A program made the translations under genes and the position numbers. From the NCBI GenBank assembly GCA_964016885.1, contig OZ024755.1:42284001-42348000 (forward strand): DNA of 64,000 nt, given 5' to 3'. This document shows, piece by piece, positions 61,474-64,000 of this stretch (its first letter is position 1; each line of letters begins with the position of its first letter). Under the pieces are notes generated by a model. That model had not been told where the DNA came from. It ran no database searches and saw only the letters and a list, made by a program, of their open reading frames with translations. This DNA is from Eledone cirrhosa (lineage: Eukaryota).

Positions 61474-64000
<2,527 letters not shown>

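Overview
Repeat-dense eukaryotic (animal) DNA; the SINE and LINE types suggest an octopod cephalopod (inference). About half the window is imperfect (TA)n microsatellite, and all the long Y/I/M/C/V/H/T-rich ORFs come from it. The only host gene seen is a carbohydrate sulfotransferase (CHST11/HNK-1ST family): terminal coding exon 32151-33092 plus a candidate 20-nt upstream microexon. The rest is transposons: RTE LINEs (one with a PHD finger inside the RT, one near full-length BovB-like), R4/Dong, L1/Tx1, CR1/L2-group LINEs, tRNA-SINEs and DNA-transposon MITEs. The most notable signal is a set of islands between (TA)n arrays built as inverted repeat plus tail. These carry type I hammerhead ribozyme motifs from at least six sequence families, including long-stem-II and CCGAAGA-core variants. 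Two islands still encode Penelope-like proteins with a CxCx5C linker and GIY-YIG nuclease (one also with RT); others are non-coding palindromes with a ribozyme motif on each strand. Ribozyme calls come from manual folding only.
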